Origin: Octopus sinensis
Lineage: Eukaryota
Assembly (NCBI RefSeq): GCF_006345805.1
Contig: NC_042999.1
Location: 123,752,001-123,816,000 of the forward strand
Length of the DNA stretch: 64,000 bases
Reading direction: 5' to 3'
The notes beneath the pieces were generated by a model. The model was given only the letters and a program-made list of their open reading frames with translations. It was not told the origin of the DNA and did no database searches. Positions 20,190 through 34,520 of the stretch are shown in pieces (the first letter of the stretch is position 1; each line of letters begins with the position of its first letter). The position numbers and the translations under genes are program-made.

Positions 20190-20660
20190 TGATCCTGATG
20201 AGCAAAAAAATATTAGTGTAACTTAAAAGTTAAAACAGCCAATAAGTTAAATTATAATCAGTTAGATTATGATGTACAAGACAATGAGAAAAAATATGCA
20301 GTTGTGGAAATCAGCTGCCTTTTTGATACTAATGTAGTCAGAAAAATACTGAAGAAAGGGAGCATTTATGGACCATTGATGAGGAGTTTGCAAATCCAGT
20401 ACACGAGATACATTTTAAGTTTTATATCTATTATTATTGGAGCAATATGATGCATACCAACCTGCCTATAGCAAAGTATGGCTGAACTTGGGTTCCTGGG
20501 GAGAGAATGGAACTCCTAAATTCATACTCTCCAAATAATCATATCTAGAATAATTCACAAGACTTGCTTTTGAATTTAAAAATGGTGAACAAAACAAGAT
20601 GCTTTTCTTAAAGCAGGCGGCCAGTCAAAATTAATTCCTAATTCAAGAGAGAAAAAGAAC
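20190..20660 (+). mobile_element. 3' fragment of RLE-type (R4/Dong-like) LINE
   Basis: Translation AVVEISCLFDTNVVRK..KGSIYGPLMRSLQIQY..ISIIIGA resembles the restriction-like endonuclease C-terminus and matches the 39.7-40.6 kb relic. Confidence 0.6.
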
Positions 20661-22799
20661 ATACATATATCTCTTTTACTCTCTCTCTTTTACTTGTTTC
20701 AGTCATTTGACTGCGGCCATGCTGAAGCACCGCCTTTAGTCGAGCAAATCGACCCCGGGACTTATTCTTTGTAAGCCCAGTACTTATTCTATCGGTCTCT
20801 TTTGCCGAACCGCTAAGTAACGGGGACGTAAACACACCAGCATCGGTTGTCAAGCAATGCTAGGGGGACAAACACAGACACACAAACATATACACACACA
20901 TATATATATACATATATACGACAGGCTTCTTTCAGTTTCCGTCTACCAAATCCACTCACAAGGCATTGGTCGGCCCGGGGCTATAGCAGAAGACACTTGC
21001 CCAAGATGTCACGCAGTGGGACTGAACCCGGAACCGTGTGGTTGGTTAGCAAGCTACTTACCACACAGCCACTCCTGCACCTATATGCATGTATATATGC
21101 ACAGATATTGTAGAGGACTAATTACTACCATTGTATAGTTGTTTTTTGGTCATGTAGAAAACTTTGATTCACACCACAACTTCATTGCATGGGATTTTCC
21201 CATCCCTTACATTATTAAACTTCATGCCATCACCACCATTACTTTAGCTGCAGTTGGGTAGGGTCATAAAACACATATCAATAAGTGACCTTTACTCTGA
21301 TTTTTTATCAATCAATGATCGTCGTTCATGTGCATCCACACATCCTTTATAGTTTTCTAACATAATAAAGATTTGGTTTTTGGCCATTCAGCAGAGATTG
21401 TCACAGTTACTGTCAGGTGGCTCCACACCACCTCACAACATAAAAAAAAGATAATGTTCTCACACTGTCTCACTACACAGGTGAAGAGAGTTATGGTTTT
21501 GCATAACTACTCCATAATGTTCAATTTTCTGGTTCTCCATGTTATGACAATTTTTTTCTTTATAGATACTGACACACTATAAGAATAATGTGTTCTTATA
21601 CACATACACATTGCAAAAAAATGGTTTTCTTATACACAGAAAGAGATTTTGCTTTGCTTAATTAATCCACATCATTTAACATCTTGATTCTCCAAAGGCA
21701 TTTTGATGCACTCAATTATGACAAACACATTTTCACTCATACACATGCATAACACTTTACATACACATTATCAGTGTAACATTCACTCTCCACACAGTCT
21801 GATACTGAAAAGAATGCTTTCATACACATATTTGCACAAACATACACAATCATTTTAAATTATTGTTTAAAACAATTCTTCACAGACAATTTTGTTTCAC
21901 ATTTGAACTATGACAATATTACAACATATTAAGTCTTCCATATTTGATTTCACAATATTTTCATTTAATTCTTATAGCTGCTACAATTTCTTTTTTATCT
22001 GTGTGGAGTTGTGCTTTACTGAACATTTAAGAACTCATTCTGTTATACTTTGCATAACTTTACATATGTTTACCATTTGTCATCTGTCATCATTAACTTA
22101 CTTTCATTTAAAAGAATAAAAATTATGGTGATCCACATTGGAATCTTCCTGTCTTTTCCCTTTTTATTTCTGACAGTCCTACATATCTCTGTCCAATTAT
22201 ATATCTCCAGTGGCTTACCTCAAGGTGGATAATTTTCGTTGATGACTGTTTAGCTGGTATGAAGTTTGTCTCTGGTCCTGGCATTACAAATTCTTGTTTC
22301 TCAGGAATGGTGTACAAAATGGTGGAAAGAAATACAAGAAAATGAGCTTTCACAAAATGTGACACTTTATTTCTACACTAAATAGAATAATACAATGAAC
22401 CAGGTGGATAGATCATGAAGATAACTGTCTATAGAAATCGTACATAGTTGGCTTCTCAATTTAGTCAGAATTTAATTACACATGCTACAAAAACAGGATC
22501 AAAATGGCATAACATAGCTTTCTTGAAAGCAGCTCTCCTCTCTCCGAAAATACTCACCTCATTGCTGAAACAGGAAAAATTCTCTTATTTATTGATAGAA
22601 AGAAGCTCAACGGGCATTTGATTTTGCCGTGTTGTTTGGTCTATCACACAATGCAATTGGATTCAAAACTGTATCCTGCATAAGACTAGACCAATCCAAG
22701 AAACAGACTCAGTCAAGTATTACACGATTACATGACCAGTTTCAGAACATGCAGGGTGAACCAACAGTCTCACTACAACTGAATGCATTGAACAGAGAC

Positions 22800-23480
22800 C
22801 ATAAGCCCATGCCTCATGACGAGTGATGATGGCCATCATGCAGTCTGGGTCATAGTTTCCACAGTCTAGCATGTCCTGAGCGATTTCCATGCAGAGGTGC
22901 TTCTAATGCTCTGCCAACACTTTGGGAATGAATTTTGCTGAGATTCTCCATGTGCGCAAATCCTCCATTAAAATGGAATGTGCTGTTCTTGTGCTTATTC
23001 CCTACTTTGTGAGTAATTTTCTGCATTGTTACATGGCACTCTTTCATGACCATTCACCAAACCTCCTCAATTGGTATCTTGCTTTTGCTTGTGGATGGCC
23101 TATCTGAATGTGCCTCACCTTCCACTGACATGGAGCCATGTTTGAAGCAGTTGTACCACTTCTTGATCCAAGCTTTGCTCATGGCATCATTGCCAAAAAA
23201 CTGCTGAATCTTTTAGATGGTTTGAGCTTGAGTATCACCGAGATTTTGATAAAACTTGATGCAATATTTCTGCTCGTTTATCTTGTGTGAAAACATAAAT
23301 CCAACGAGCATGTACTACACATCTGTACTCTAGGTGCAACAGCCAGAAATTGACCAAGCCTACTGGTGCAAAAGTTTATACACATGTGCATAAAGGGTGG
23401 CGTCACCTCCCACCCAAAGGATTTTGCCTATGCGGTATTAGTTTTGGCAGGGAAAATAGTCAGATTACTTTTTGAATGCT
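22800..23480 (-). mobile_element. Mariner/Tc1 transposon relic (5' half)
   Basis: Minus-strand frames give EQKYCIKF..KLGDTQ..I.KIQQ.FGNDAMSKAWIKKWYNCFKHG and SAKFIPKVL (WVPR-like). TIR-like end near 23460-23480. Confidence 0.65.
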
Positions 23481-23699
23481 TTTCATATGTGTGTTTGTGT
23501 GTATGTGTGTTCTGTTTTTAATCATTTAAATTTTTCCTCAGAAGAAGGAGCTAGTTCCTAACAAAGATACAAAGTTCCATCTTTGGAATGTAGATAATGA
23601 AAGCAATGCCACATTTTAAACCCGAGAAAAGCCTTGCATACTTTTACTGTTTCACATGTACTGTATTTGTAATGTGCAAATCAGTTGGTTGATTCTCTT

Positions 23700-25150
23700 T
23701 TTCTGAAAATCCAAGCTTATCCAGACTATCCACTGCAATGTTGGTGATTTCCTTCTTCTCCAGTTCTTCCACCATTAACTGATGCTAGTGGTTATCTCTT
23801 TCTTTAATGATCTCAGACATTCACCCCCTCCCTCTGGTTTGGTGAGTTTGGTATATTGCATAAATGCCCTGGACTCTCAACATCCAATCAGATCGGCTGA
23901 CTTGGATTTAGCTTGGGAAGAAGATGCTAATTTGAGTTGCTTGGCACCTCAACAACTCAACTCATAGTTGATAAATCCCACATTGCGTTCTGAGTCAAGA
24001 TTGTGAATGGGAGCTCTCTCTAGTTTAGGTAAGTCCATGCTTTCCAGAGTATGGGGAGATTCTTTGATGATGCTTCCAAAACCAAACAGAACTCCCTTCC
24101 AGTTCTTCTAACGTTGGAAGAAGCCTCAACAGTACTTTTAACACCTCTGGCTTCAACTCAGTTACAATAGCTTCAACATCACAGTATATATTTTCATCAT
24201 ATCTGGTTTCCTGGAATCTGCTAGAAGATACAAAAGTGAGTGCAGGACTATGTACATTTAGTAATCGGTTTGGACCCACTGTGGAAAGGTCATCATAAAG
24301 GTATTTGAAACTAGGCACAAGTTTTGAATAGGTTGAGCTTGTTGAAGTAGTGAGTGAAAGAATGGTTCAACAAAGAGCAGGCCAACCAGCACTCCTGTGC
24401 AATATAAAACTTTGAGGAACTCCAGACATATGAAACATCATACAATACAAGCCAGTTGGTTTATAACATGCTCGTATTTTGCCATATACAGGGCTACATA
24501 ATCCAGGTGGTACAAAGTTATTGTACAAGCCAAAGTGAGACGGTTAAAGTGTTCATTCTTCAAGGCAATAAATTTATTAACCCATGGTTGAATGTGCTTG
24601 TCCAATTCACTGGCTTTTCTCCATGACTTGTGATCAAAATCATGATTGATTAATCTTGTTATGCAATTAAGAGCCTGTTCAGTGACACTGGATGAGCTTG
24701 ATGTTGCATTTACAGGAAAACTCAAATAAACTTTGTCCCGTCCAATTGCATTCTTGATGTCACTCCACTATTTAGTTATTACTCGATTGAACATAAGTGA
24801 AGGGTGCACATTGCAAAACATGTTCAGGTATGTGTTCCATGCTGAGATTTCCTAAGATCTCTTCAACCCTAACATTGTGTGATGTTTGGTCCGATATAAC
24901 AAAATCAATTTTTTCAAATAGTATTTTAACTAGGTTATTACTTGCTCCTTCTAGTAACGAAAGTACAGCCACTTTCAAGTAAGCCAGATTATTTCTTGCT
25001 TCTGATGCTACAAAAAGAGTTGGTAGAGATCTTTAATGACCATTAATAGTCAACCCCTGGATGCAGAAAGATCCAGCTCCCTGTTTGTTAGATCCATCAT
25101 CAAAATAAGTAATGACTGACTTTTTATTAGAAGACTTCTAGGCCCTGCAA
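23700..25150 (-). pseudogene. Degraded DDE-type DNA transposase, superfamily not assigned
   Basis: Ordered motifs VITYFDDGS.KQGAG, FVISDQTSHN, LKNEHFNRLTLAC, APIHNLDSERNVGFINYEL, with stops and frameshifts. Confidence 0.55.
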
Positions 25151-25559
25151 ACATATGTAATGACATAAAATAAGCTGCTTATCTGATATACTGTAAAATC
25201 CATCTATCTAAATAGTGAATTTTGGCTGCCATCTTGGATTTCTACCATCTTGCAAAAGTTTTATTAGTTAGAATATGTTTATTTCATATCAATATACTTA
25301 TTAGTAAATTAAAGTTACAGTTTTTAATTAGTTTCATTCAAAATTATGTATTATATATATTAAAATGCGATTTTTTGCTATTTTGTGGGGTTATCAACAT
25401 TCAAGGGATATGTACAGGGGGATTATCACATTCAGTTTGCACACAGTTTGGTTTTGAGGTGATATTTGGATCCAACCACAACTTTTGAAGGGGTTCCAAA
25501 AAAAAGTAGGATTAACATTCCCTCTTAAAACCAATCAAATATCCCAAATGTTGGCATCA

Positions 25560-26846
25560 ACACTGCTACTGCAAATGCATTGTGGGATATTGTCTTGTTG
25601 TAGGAGAGAGTTCAGAGTTCAGATTGTCATGTTGTTCTGAGTCTGGTGTAATATTCTTAGGTCTCTCTATTTTTATTCACAATACCTTGGTATGATATAT
25701 TTACAGCAAAGCTTAAGTATTCGTAGTATTCTTTGTGTGGAACAGGAGAGATAGTGAAACCATCAATACACAGGTTTTGTGTCTGGAGGACTGATTTTCC
25801 CCATTCAAAAATCAAATAAGGATATTTCTTCTGGCCAAATTCCATTACCGTGTCAGCTGAAAATGTTACTAATTCCAGTTGTTGTGTTTTTTTCCCTTTT
25901 TTGCATTGCTAGCAGTTTTAGCATAAATCTTGAAGTCATCCACAAAGAAATTATGGGTTACATTGATATTTCTTGCAGTTGCAGACCCTAGCATGTAGCC
26001 GTTTGTTTTTGTAGTAGGAATGGTAATGGTTTTTAGTGTCAAAATGAACAGAAGTACAGAAAGACTATCTCCCTAGAATATTCCCTTTGAAATATTTATG
26101 GCATTGGAGATGATTGTTCCACTCCCTGTTCTCAGTGTGAAGATTGGGGCTCAGGTCTTTGTGAGCCTCTCAATGGCAGAAATTAAGGTAGCAGACATTT
26201 TTGCCAAATGTAGACACTTCTTCAGCAGCCATGAGTAGGGAACAGAGTCAAATGCCTTTCTATGATCAAGCCTTACTGTTGTAAGGCTTCTATGATTTTT
26301 GTTTTTAACCTCAAAGTACAGCTTTTTTTTTATCAAAAGTTGTTCAGCACATCCCCACACTCCCTTCTTTCCTCATGCCTGCTCATCAGTTACTATGTTG
26401 TTGCACTCACAATGATCTGGAGGAATTGGTTGAAGTAACTTGTGTATAGTTTGTACATAATGTTTAGGTCAGCAATGGTCCTGTAATTTACAGCCAACTC
26501 AGTGGTTTCATTCTTGGCTAAAAAGTTAGTCTGTGCTATAGCTAGCCAATATTTTGTATATCAATCTGACTGTCCATAGTACTTTTGAATATACTTATTA
26601 GTGTTTTCCTGTAAAATGTCAGCCTCTTATACCAGTAACCAACTATTAGGTCCCTTCCCATTATGCAGTTTGCCTACAGCTATGGTGACAATTCCTGAGT
26701 CAGTTGCATGTTGGTACAGTACTCTCTCTCTTACTTCATTTAGCCATGGTGCATTGAGGTTGAGATACCAGTTTTTGTTCCAGATTTTCAACCAAAATGA
26801 TTCAAGATCTTTTTGTGGTAGAGCTTTCTTAATGGTAATATTTTCC

Positions 26847-26907
<61 letters not shown>

Positions 26908-27900
26908 TATATACAGATAATTACGTAAATGATTATGTAAGCATTAACAACGAAACCTGGTTTGTGATTAATCTATATTTTGTATCTTTTCATTTGTCTT
27001 GCTCACTTACATTCTGGTGTTTTGCTAAATTTTCTTGAGAACATTCCTTTCTTAGTGGTAAGACTATAGCAGATCTTCTTCTAGCATAATGGATGTCCAC
27101 TTACAGGTCATCCCTTTTATATACATACTATATATATATATTTCTCTATATACTGTCTGTGAGTTAGAAGCAAACTTGTAATTTTCACTCAGAGTCCTTA
27201 GATTGTGTTTTAGAGTAATTAACCTCCCCTCAACAGTTTATTGTGAAGAGTCACCATACGGTTTTGTCAATTTGCTTATAAGATATAACTGATGAGGTGA
27301 AAACTCATTGTTCCTCTTATGTTTTATTATGGTTAACCATGCAATATGGTAATGTAGATTCTTGATGTTTTCTTCAAGTTTTGTTTTCCATCTAGGTTGT
27401 TTCAGTTTAGTACTTTACTTTCATTACCATGTATACTGCAGATTTCTCCAAGGTGTTATAGCAGCTGTGTACATGAGGGTATTAATACTCCAGTAATTAA
27501 AAGGGTATCACATAATCTCGTAGAATTTCCAGTGACATTGCCAATAACTTTCAACATTGGAACTGTTAGAGTTTTTTTTTTTAATCATGTTAAGAATAGC
27601 TTGTTACTTAACAATGGTTCCAAAAACATAGAAAAGTTTTTGATCAATTGTGGTTTCAGGATATTTCTAAGCTGAATATATTCTACAGTTGTCTCTGTTG
27701 ACTCAGTTACATTTGGAGAGATATGAGAATTTAGTGATGGCGCCAGTTTGTTTACTTTATTTTTGATCTCTCTTTGGCAGGTTTTGGCCAGTTTTCAGTG
27801 TTTTGCAAAGATCAATTTACGTCACAAAAGCAAGTCATTTTTCTCTTAAAAATGATGTTTGTTGTCGAAGTTGTTTCACAATAAAGGTGCTTGACTTGGG
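25560..27900 (-). mobile_element. Degraded RLE-type (R4/Dong-like) LINE, N-terminal and RT region, split by (TA)n at ~26850-26910
   Basis: GCAEQLLIKK..VKNKNHRSL...LDHRKAFDSVPYSW, ESFWLKIW and MEFGQKK..GK resemble R4/Dong RT motifs. Confidence 0.65.
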
Positions 27901-29172
27901 CTATGATTTGTGCTGGTAATTTTTAAACATGTTGCAAGTATATGTTCACACTTTGCTTGTTTAAGCTTAATTAGTCTCATATCAGCTTGTATGCCTGTTT
28001 TCTGCAAGTGGTCACATGACCTGGTCACACTTAGATATAGCCCTTCTGACTCTCGTGCCATCCCATGACAGGAGATTAATGTCTCTCTGCTGGGAGCCTA
28101 CACTTAGCTATAGCTTTTCCCACTATCTATTTAGTGAGGTGGTTTGCACAGTCAAGCTCGAATTTTTGGCAGAGAGCAAGTTATTTCGCAGGCCACCTCT
28201 GGTATCCTTTGATGCATACAATTGCTCCTGTCCTCCAGCAGAAGTTATGTCTGGTATTTATTTTCCTGTTTTACACTGCTTACATCATGTATCAACTGAA
28301 TGAGAAAAAAGTGTACATTTGTTGACAGTATATTTCAAAATGTATCTCAACAGGTTGAATAAATCATTGCATTTTATCCTCCTGGCTCTCTGTTTCTTCA
28401 TTTATCTGCACACACACACACATATATTGGAACTCAAACCAGCTTTATCCATCAATGCAACCAACCCCGTTAAAACCACTTCATATATCTGATAAAAGGG
28501 TCTTCACAGGATTTTTCATAGCATCGAAGTAGATCTTTGCTTAAATGTAGAGTCCAAGTAGTATGAGAGGAGTTCTTATGTCTTAGATGGATTTCTGGTG
28601 CTGTAGAGCTGTTTTCATCAATGTTGATGTTGTTAGTTTCAGCCATAAGCATTTTAGCAAAATTCCACATGGTATAATGTATATCTTTAAAATATGGTCT
28701 GAATAACACTGTGCTGGTAGGTAAACGATGCTTCCAGTATTTATAATGGAAGAACTAAACCAGTTACTGGCAGAGTAAGCATAAATATAGAAGGGAACAT
28801 TCAAAAATATTTTTTAAATGGCCCTCTACGCCACTTGTCTGATGTTGATGGTGCCATCTTTAATACATGTACAAATGTATGTATATACGTATGTAGGCAT
28901 ACAAGATTCAAATAACACTTTATTCTGGTTTTCCCTGCCAGAAATACAACCATATGGAACTCACTACCAATATTTTTTCTCATGGACAAACTTACAGAAG
29001 ACCAAGCTAAGCAGCAACTACATCAGCTTTGTTAATCTACAGAAAATTGAAGTGTTCTCTGGGACCTTCCCTTCTTCCTAGATTTAAAAATAAAAAGAAA
29101 ACAAATTCACAAAACATTTATACAAACTAAAAGTTGTCACACGCAATCTCATGGACTTCATTCAAAATATCC

Positions 29173-29400
29173 TTAATCCTTTTGTTACCAACCCGGCTGA
29201 AACCAGCTCTGGCTCTGAGTACAAATGTCTTGTTTCCAAAAGTTTTGAACTAAAATCTTCCACCAAACCTTAGTCACAATTTATGTTCCTAACACTAGCT
29301 GAATGATAACTAAGTTATTTTACTAAATTCTTTGTTATATTTAAAGTAATTGAAAGAAGTACAGAGCATCTCAAAATAAATACAGTAACGAAAAGGTTAA
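29173..29400. mobile_element. piggyBac-like MITE
   Basis: TTAA at both ends. Imperfect TIRs TCCTTTTGTTAC / GTAACGAAAAGG. Confidence 0.6.
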
Positions 29401-29887
29401 AAAGCCCCAAATTCATGCTTGTAAGCCATGGCTTTGATTCCTTTCTTGATTGCAGTTAAAATGCAACTTTTGTTCATTCTGTGAGTGAATTTTATTTAAT
29501 ATTTTCTTAGGAGAAGGTGGCAAGCCGGCTGAATTCTTAGCTCACTGGGCCATATGCTTAGTGGCTTTTTGCCCATCTTTCTGTTCTCAGTTCAGATTCC
29601 ACCAAGGTTGACTTTGCCTTTCATCCTTTTGGGGTTAATAAAATAAGTACCAGTTGAGCACTGGGGTTGATGTAATCGACTTTCCCCCACCCTCAAATTG
29701 AATAATTTTGCTTAATTCATTTCCCAGTTGCTGCTAATATTCTGTTATTGTTTTTGTTATTGAAGGCAGTGAGCTGGCAGAATCATTAATAATCATCATA
29801 TTTTTAAATAGGTATAACTTATGCCCATGAGATTCTAAACTACAGGGTTTGAGATCTATTATAAAGTTCAGCATCTACTCATTAATC

Positions 29888-32800
29888 CATCATCATTATC
29901 ATTTAGCGTCTGCTTTCCATGCTAGCATGGGTTGGACGGTTCAACTGGGGTCTGTGAAGCCAGAAGGCTTCATCAGGCCCAGTCTGATCTGGCAGTGTTT
30001 CTACAGTTGGATGCCCTTCCTAACGCCAACCACTCCGTGAGTGTAGTGGGTGCTTTTTACGTGCCACCCGCACAGGTGCCAGACGGAGCTGGCAAACGGC
30101 CACGAACGGATGGTGCTTTTACGTGCCACCGGCACGAGGCCAGTCGGGGCGGTGTTGGCAACGGTCATGAACGGATGGTTCTCTTACGTGCCACCGGCAC
30201 TGGTAACTCGGTTGCAATTTCCATTGATCGATTTCGATTCTGATCCTCACTTGCCTCAACAGGTCTTCACAAGTAGAGTTTTGTGTCCCAAGAAGGGAAG
30301 GTATGCATACGTAGGCTGGCTCCATCCCATGTAGAAGGCCACGGGTTATGGTCTCACTTGTCCTGCTGGGTCTTCTCGCGCACAGCATACTTCCAGAGGT
30401 CTCGGTCTCTAGTCATTTCCTCAGTGAGACCTAAAGTTTGAAGGTCGTGCTTCACCACCTCGTCCCAGGTTTTCCTGGGTCTGCCTCTGCCACAGGTTCC
30501 CTCAACCACTAGGGTGTGGCACATTTTCACACAACTATCTTCATCCATTCTCGCCACATGACCATACCAGGGCAAACGTCTCTCTTGCACACCACAACTG
30601 ATGCTTCTTAGGTCCAGCTTTTCTCTCAAGGTACTTGCACTCTGTCGAGTATGAGTACTGACATTACACATCCATCGGAGCATACTGGCTTCATTTCTTG
30701 CAAGCTTACGCATATCCTCAGCAGTCACGGCCCATGTTTCACTGCCATGTAGCATGGCTGTTCGTACACACACATCATACAGTCTGCCTTTTACTCTGTG
30801 CGAGAGGCCTTTTGTCACCAGCAGAGGTAAGAGCTCTCTGAACTTTGCCCAAGCTATTCTTACTCTAGCAGTTACACTTTCAGCACACCTGCCCCCGCTG
30901 CTGACTTGGTCACCTAGGTAACGGAAGCTATCAACTATTTCTAGTTTTTCTCCTTGGAAAGTGACGGAAGTTGGTCTCAGAGCATTTTCAGTGTTTATTG
31001 TTCCTGAGCATCTGCCACATACAAAAACCATCTTCCTAGTTAGCCTTCCTTTGACATTGCTGCACCTCTTATGTGTCCATAGCTTACACTTGGTGCATCT
31101 TATAGAGTTTCTACCTACACCTTTTCTACAGATCGAGCAGGGCCATCTACCTGAAGGCGTTTGTCATTTGTCTACCTTCCTACTTATTACGACTTTGGTT
31201 TTAGCTAGATTGACTCTAAGGCCCTTCGATTCTAATCCTTGTTTCCACACCTGAAACTTCTCCTCCAGTTCTGATAGTGACTCAGCAATTAGAGCAAGGT
31301 CATCAGCATAGAGGAGCTCCCAGGGGCATCCTGTCTTGAATTCCTCCGTTATTGCCTGGAGGACTATGATAAATAGGAGGGAGCTGAGGACTGAGCCTTG
31401 GTGGACCCCTACCTCTACCCGGAATTCTTCACTGTACTCGTTGCCAACCCTCACCTTACTAGCAGCATCCCTGTACATGGTTCGCACAGCTCTCACTAAC
31501 CATTCATCTATCCCTAGTTTCCTCATTGACCACCAGATAAGGGATCGGGGGACCCTGTCGAAGGCTTTCTCCATGTCAACAAAAGCCAGGTAGAGGGGCT
31601 TATCTTTGGCTAGGTATTTCTCCTGCAGCTGCCTTACCAGGAATATAGCATCAGTGGTACTTTTCCCTGGCACGAACCCAAACTGCATCTCATCTAAACT
31701 AACTCTCTCTCTAATTAGTTGGGCTATGACCCTCTCCGTAACTTTCATCACCTGATCCAACAGCTTGATACCTCTGTAATTATTTGTATCTAGGGCATCA
31801 CCTTTACCTTTGTAGCAGTTGACTATTATGCTGCTACACCAGTCATTGGGTATGACTCCTTTGTGTATCACCTGATTAACTATACGGGGGACTAGGCTAT
31901 AGCTGACACTACCAGACATTTTGAGCATCTTTGCAGTGATTCCTGATGGGCCTGGGGCTTTCCCTGTCTTCATGCTTCTAATTGCCATAACTACCAAGGA
32001 ACTATCAACTCGGATAGCTGGTCCCTCTGTTCGGTCAACATTCGGCAGACTCTCTTTATCCCATTCATTTTCTTTATTCAGCAACCTTTCATAGTGGTGT
32101 CGAACTTCTCTCTTTGCATCCTCATTTAGCGCAAGTGAACCATCTTTCATGCAAACACACTTCTCTCCTACCACATCAGGATTCTCTCTCACACACTGTC
32201 TTGCAACACGAAACACCTCCAGTCTTTGGTCCTCACGGCGCAGAACATTGGCAAATTTTTTCTTATCTGCTTCCCCTCTGGCTAAATAAACCTGTCTTCT
32301 AGCTTCTCTTTTGGCAGTCTGATACAATCCCCTGCTACCCCCATTTTTCCAGTCCTTCCAAGCTTGTCTCTTTTCTCTAATAGCCCTGTCTACAACATTG
32401 TTCCACCACCACGTTATTCTAGGTCGAGAGGGGACTTTGCACCAGCCACAGATCTGGTCAGTTGCTCTCAGCAGGTTGTCCCTTAGAAACGTTCAGTTGT
32501 CTTCTACCCCCTGTGATGCTCTATCCCCTTCTACTTCGTCAAAGGCTTCAAGTAATATATCCCTAATATATCTCTGTCCATTTGCAGGGTCTTTAAGCTT
32601 CCAGATCCTTCTTCTCCATGTTGGTCGTCTTCTGGTTGTCCTCCTAGTCCTGATCCTAAAGTCACTAACTACCAGTCTATGCTGTGGGGTACATTCTTTG
32701 CCTGGGAAGGTTTTGGCATTTATAAGCAGCCATCTCTCCCTTTGCCTGGCAAGGATATAGTCAATTTGGCTGGTATGTTGGCTCAATCGGTAGGTGGCTG

Positions 32801-33244
32801 GTAGGTTTCCTGAAGTTAGTGTTGCAAATCATAAGATTATTTGCATCGCAGAACTCCAGCAGCCTGGTTCCCTCCTCATTGCGGGAACCATAGCCATAGC
32901 CTCCATGTACGCCATGGAAGCCCCCAGCATGTCGTCCAACGTGACCATTGAAGTCACCAGCCACAAAGAGAAAGTCTGTCGTTCGTCAACGAGGTAGTCT
33001 GCAGTAGAGTGTCATAGAATCGGTCTTTCTGTCCATCGGGTAGCCCCGACTGAGGATCATAGGCTGATATAATGGTTGCTAAACTATGATGAAGCACTAA
33101 TCTAATCTTAAGTATTCTGTCACATACTCTGATTACCTCAATTACTTTATCTACCCATTTCTCAGCGATAAGTATACCCACGCCACCAACCCCGTCAGTG
33201 TTCTCTGCCCAAAAAATCTTGTACCTGCGTTCCTTGCCTGTGAG
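29888..33244 (-). mobile_element. RTE-clade LINE, 5'-truncated within the endonuclease, with (TGA)n-like tail
   Basis: APE pieces (VAGDFNGHVG, SQIDYIL, QHRLVV), RT 31164-32327 (YRGIKLL, QFGFVPG, KAFDRVP, HQGSVLS, YADD), C-terminal ORF 30354-31031. 3'UTR has three ~55-60 bp subrepeats; minus-strand tail AATGATAATGATG. Confidence 0.93.
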
Positions 33245-34400
33245 TTAAAGAAAACTCTGCTGGAAATTATGAGTACACTTGAGTGTCCCATAGTTTTCAA
33301 TGTATTATGCAACAAACATAAATTTTAACTCATAATTATTACAACAAATATTTAACAAAATAACTTTATATCACAACACTTGATTCATATTTGTTATTGA
33401 TGATATTTTCGAAAATGGAAGGAAGTGTGTTAATTTATCTATAAACAACTTTATTTTCTTTTTATAATAATTATCACAGAAAACTGATGAAACTCAAAAT
33501 ACATTGCCATTCAGAGAAGCTGAATATAATGCATTTGTGTACATAAACATTTAGATAGGTTATTTGCTAGGGAGATGTATATACTAGCGTCTTTCTAATT
33601 TCACACAAAGCAATTACTTTCAATTATAGGCAGTAGATAATTAGAAATTTAAGAAAAGTAATTTTAGGCTTAAGTTTTTGTGTGTTAATAAGTTTCAAAC
33701 TTTTGAACAAAGAATGTATTTTTCTGTGAAATTATAAGCAAGCCTCAAACATTGTTTCCAAGGGGAATAATTTTTGATATATTTTTAATTGTTTGTAATT
33801 AATTCTTGCCATGCCAGTAGCTACTGAGTTCATTAACAATATTGATTCTAATTGTATGAGTAAATCAAATTTATTTGTTGTACCATAAATACATATTAGC
33901 AGCTGTTATATGTCAAATATATTACAATTTCTGGTTTGAGCTCAAAGGAAATAAATAAGCAAACAAATAAATAAATTAAAAAAAATAATAAATAAAGCCT
34001 TTTCTGTTTATGTGTTAGTGAATATTGGATACACATAAAAGAAATTTTCTATAGTAAAGGTTAAGACTTGGAAATAATCTTTTCTTGTCTTTACATAAAA
34101 TGTCATTGCAATCAATTTTACATTTTTTTTAAAACTGCCTTTTACTAGGAGTCCATCCCATAGGAAGATATTATCCAAGATCTAATTCATGTTTCTCCTT
34201 GATATATCTCATATAATACAACGTATTGTTTTTTTCTTTGTATATATGTCTGGCAAGTGTATTGATCTGAAATTGTGAGCGGAAACAAATATTTATGGAT
34301 TTTTGGTAGAGTAATCTTTGCCAAATATTAAAAATCAAATACTGATTAATCATCATCGCCATCATCATTATTATCGCTGCAGTTGTTATTAATGTTGTTC

Positions 34401-34450
34401 TTTTCTTCTTTTTCTTCTTCTTCTTCTTCTTCTTCTTCTTATTATTATTG

Positions 34451-34481
<31 letters not shown>

Positions 34482-34520
34482 CATTATTATTATTACTATT
34501 ACTATTATTATTATTACTCT
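34401..34520. repeat. (TTC)n-(TTA)n microsatellite
   Basis: Direct reading. Confidence 0.95.

Noticed and set aside
28470-28709. Minus-strand 79-aa ORF as a gene
   Set aside because: No recognisable motif, no partner exons, and opposite strand to the candidate host gene.
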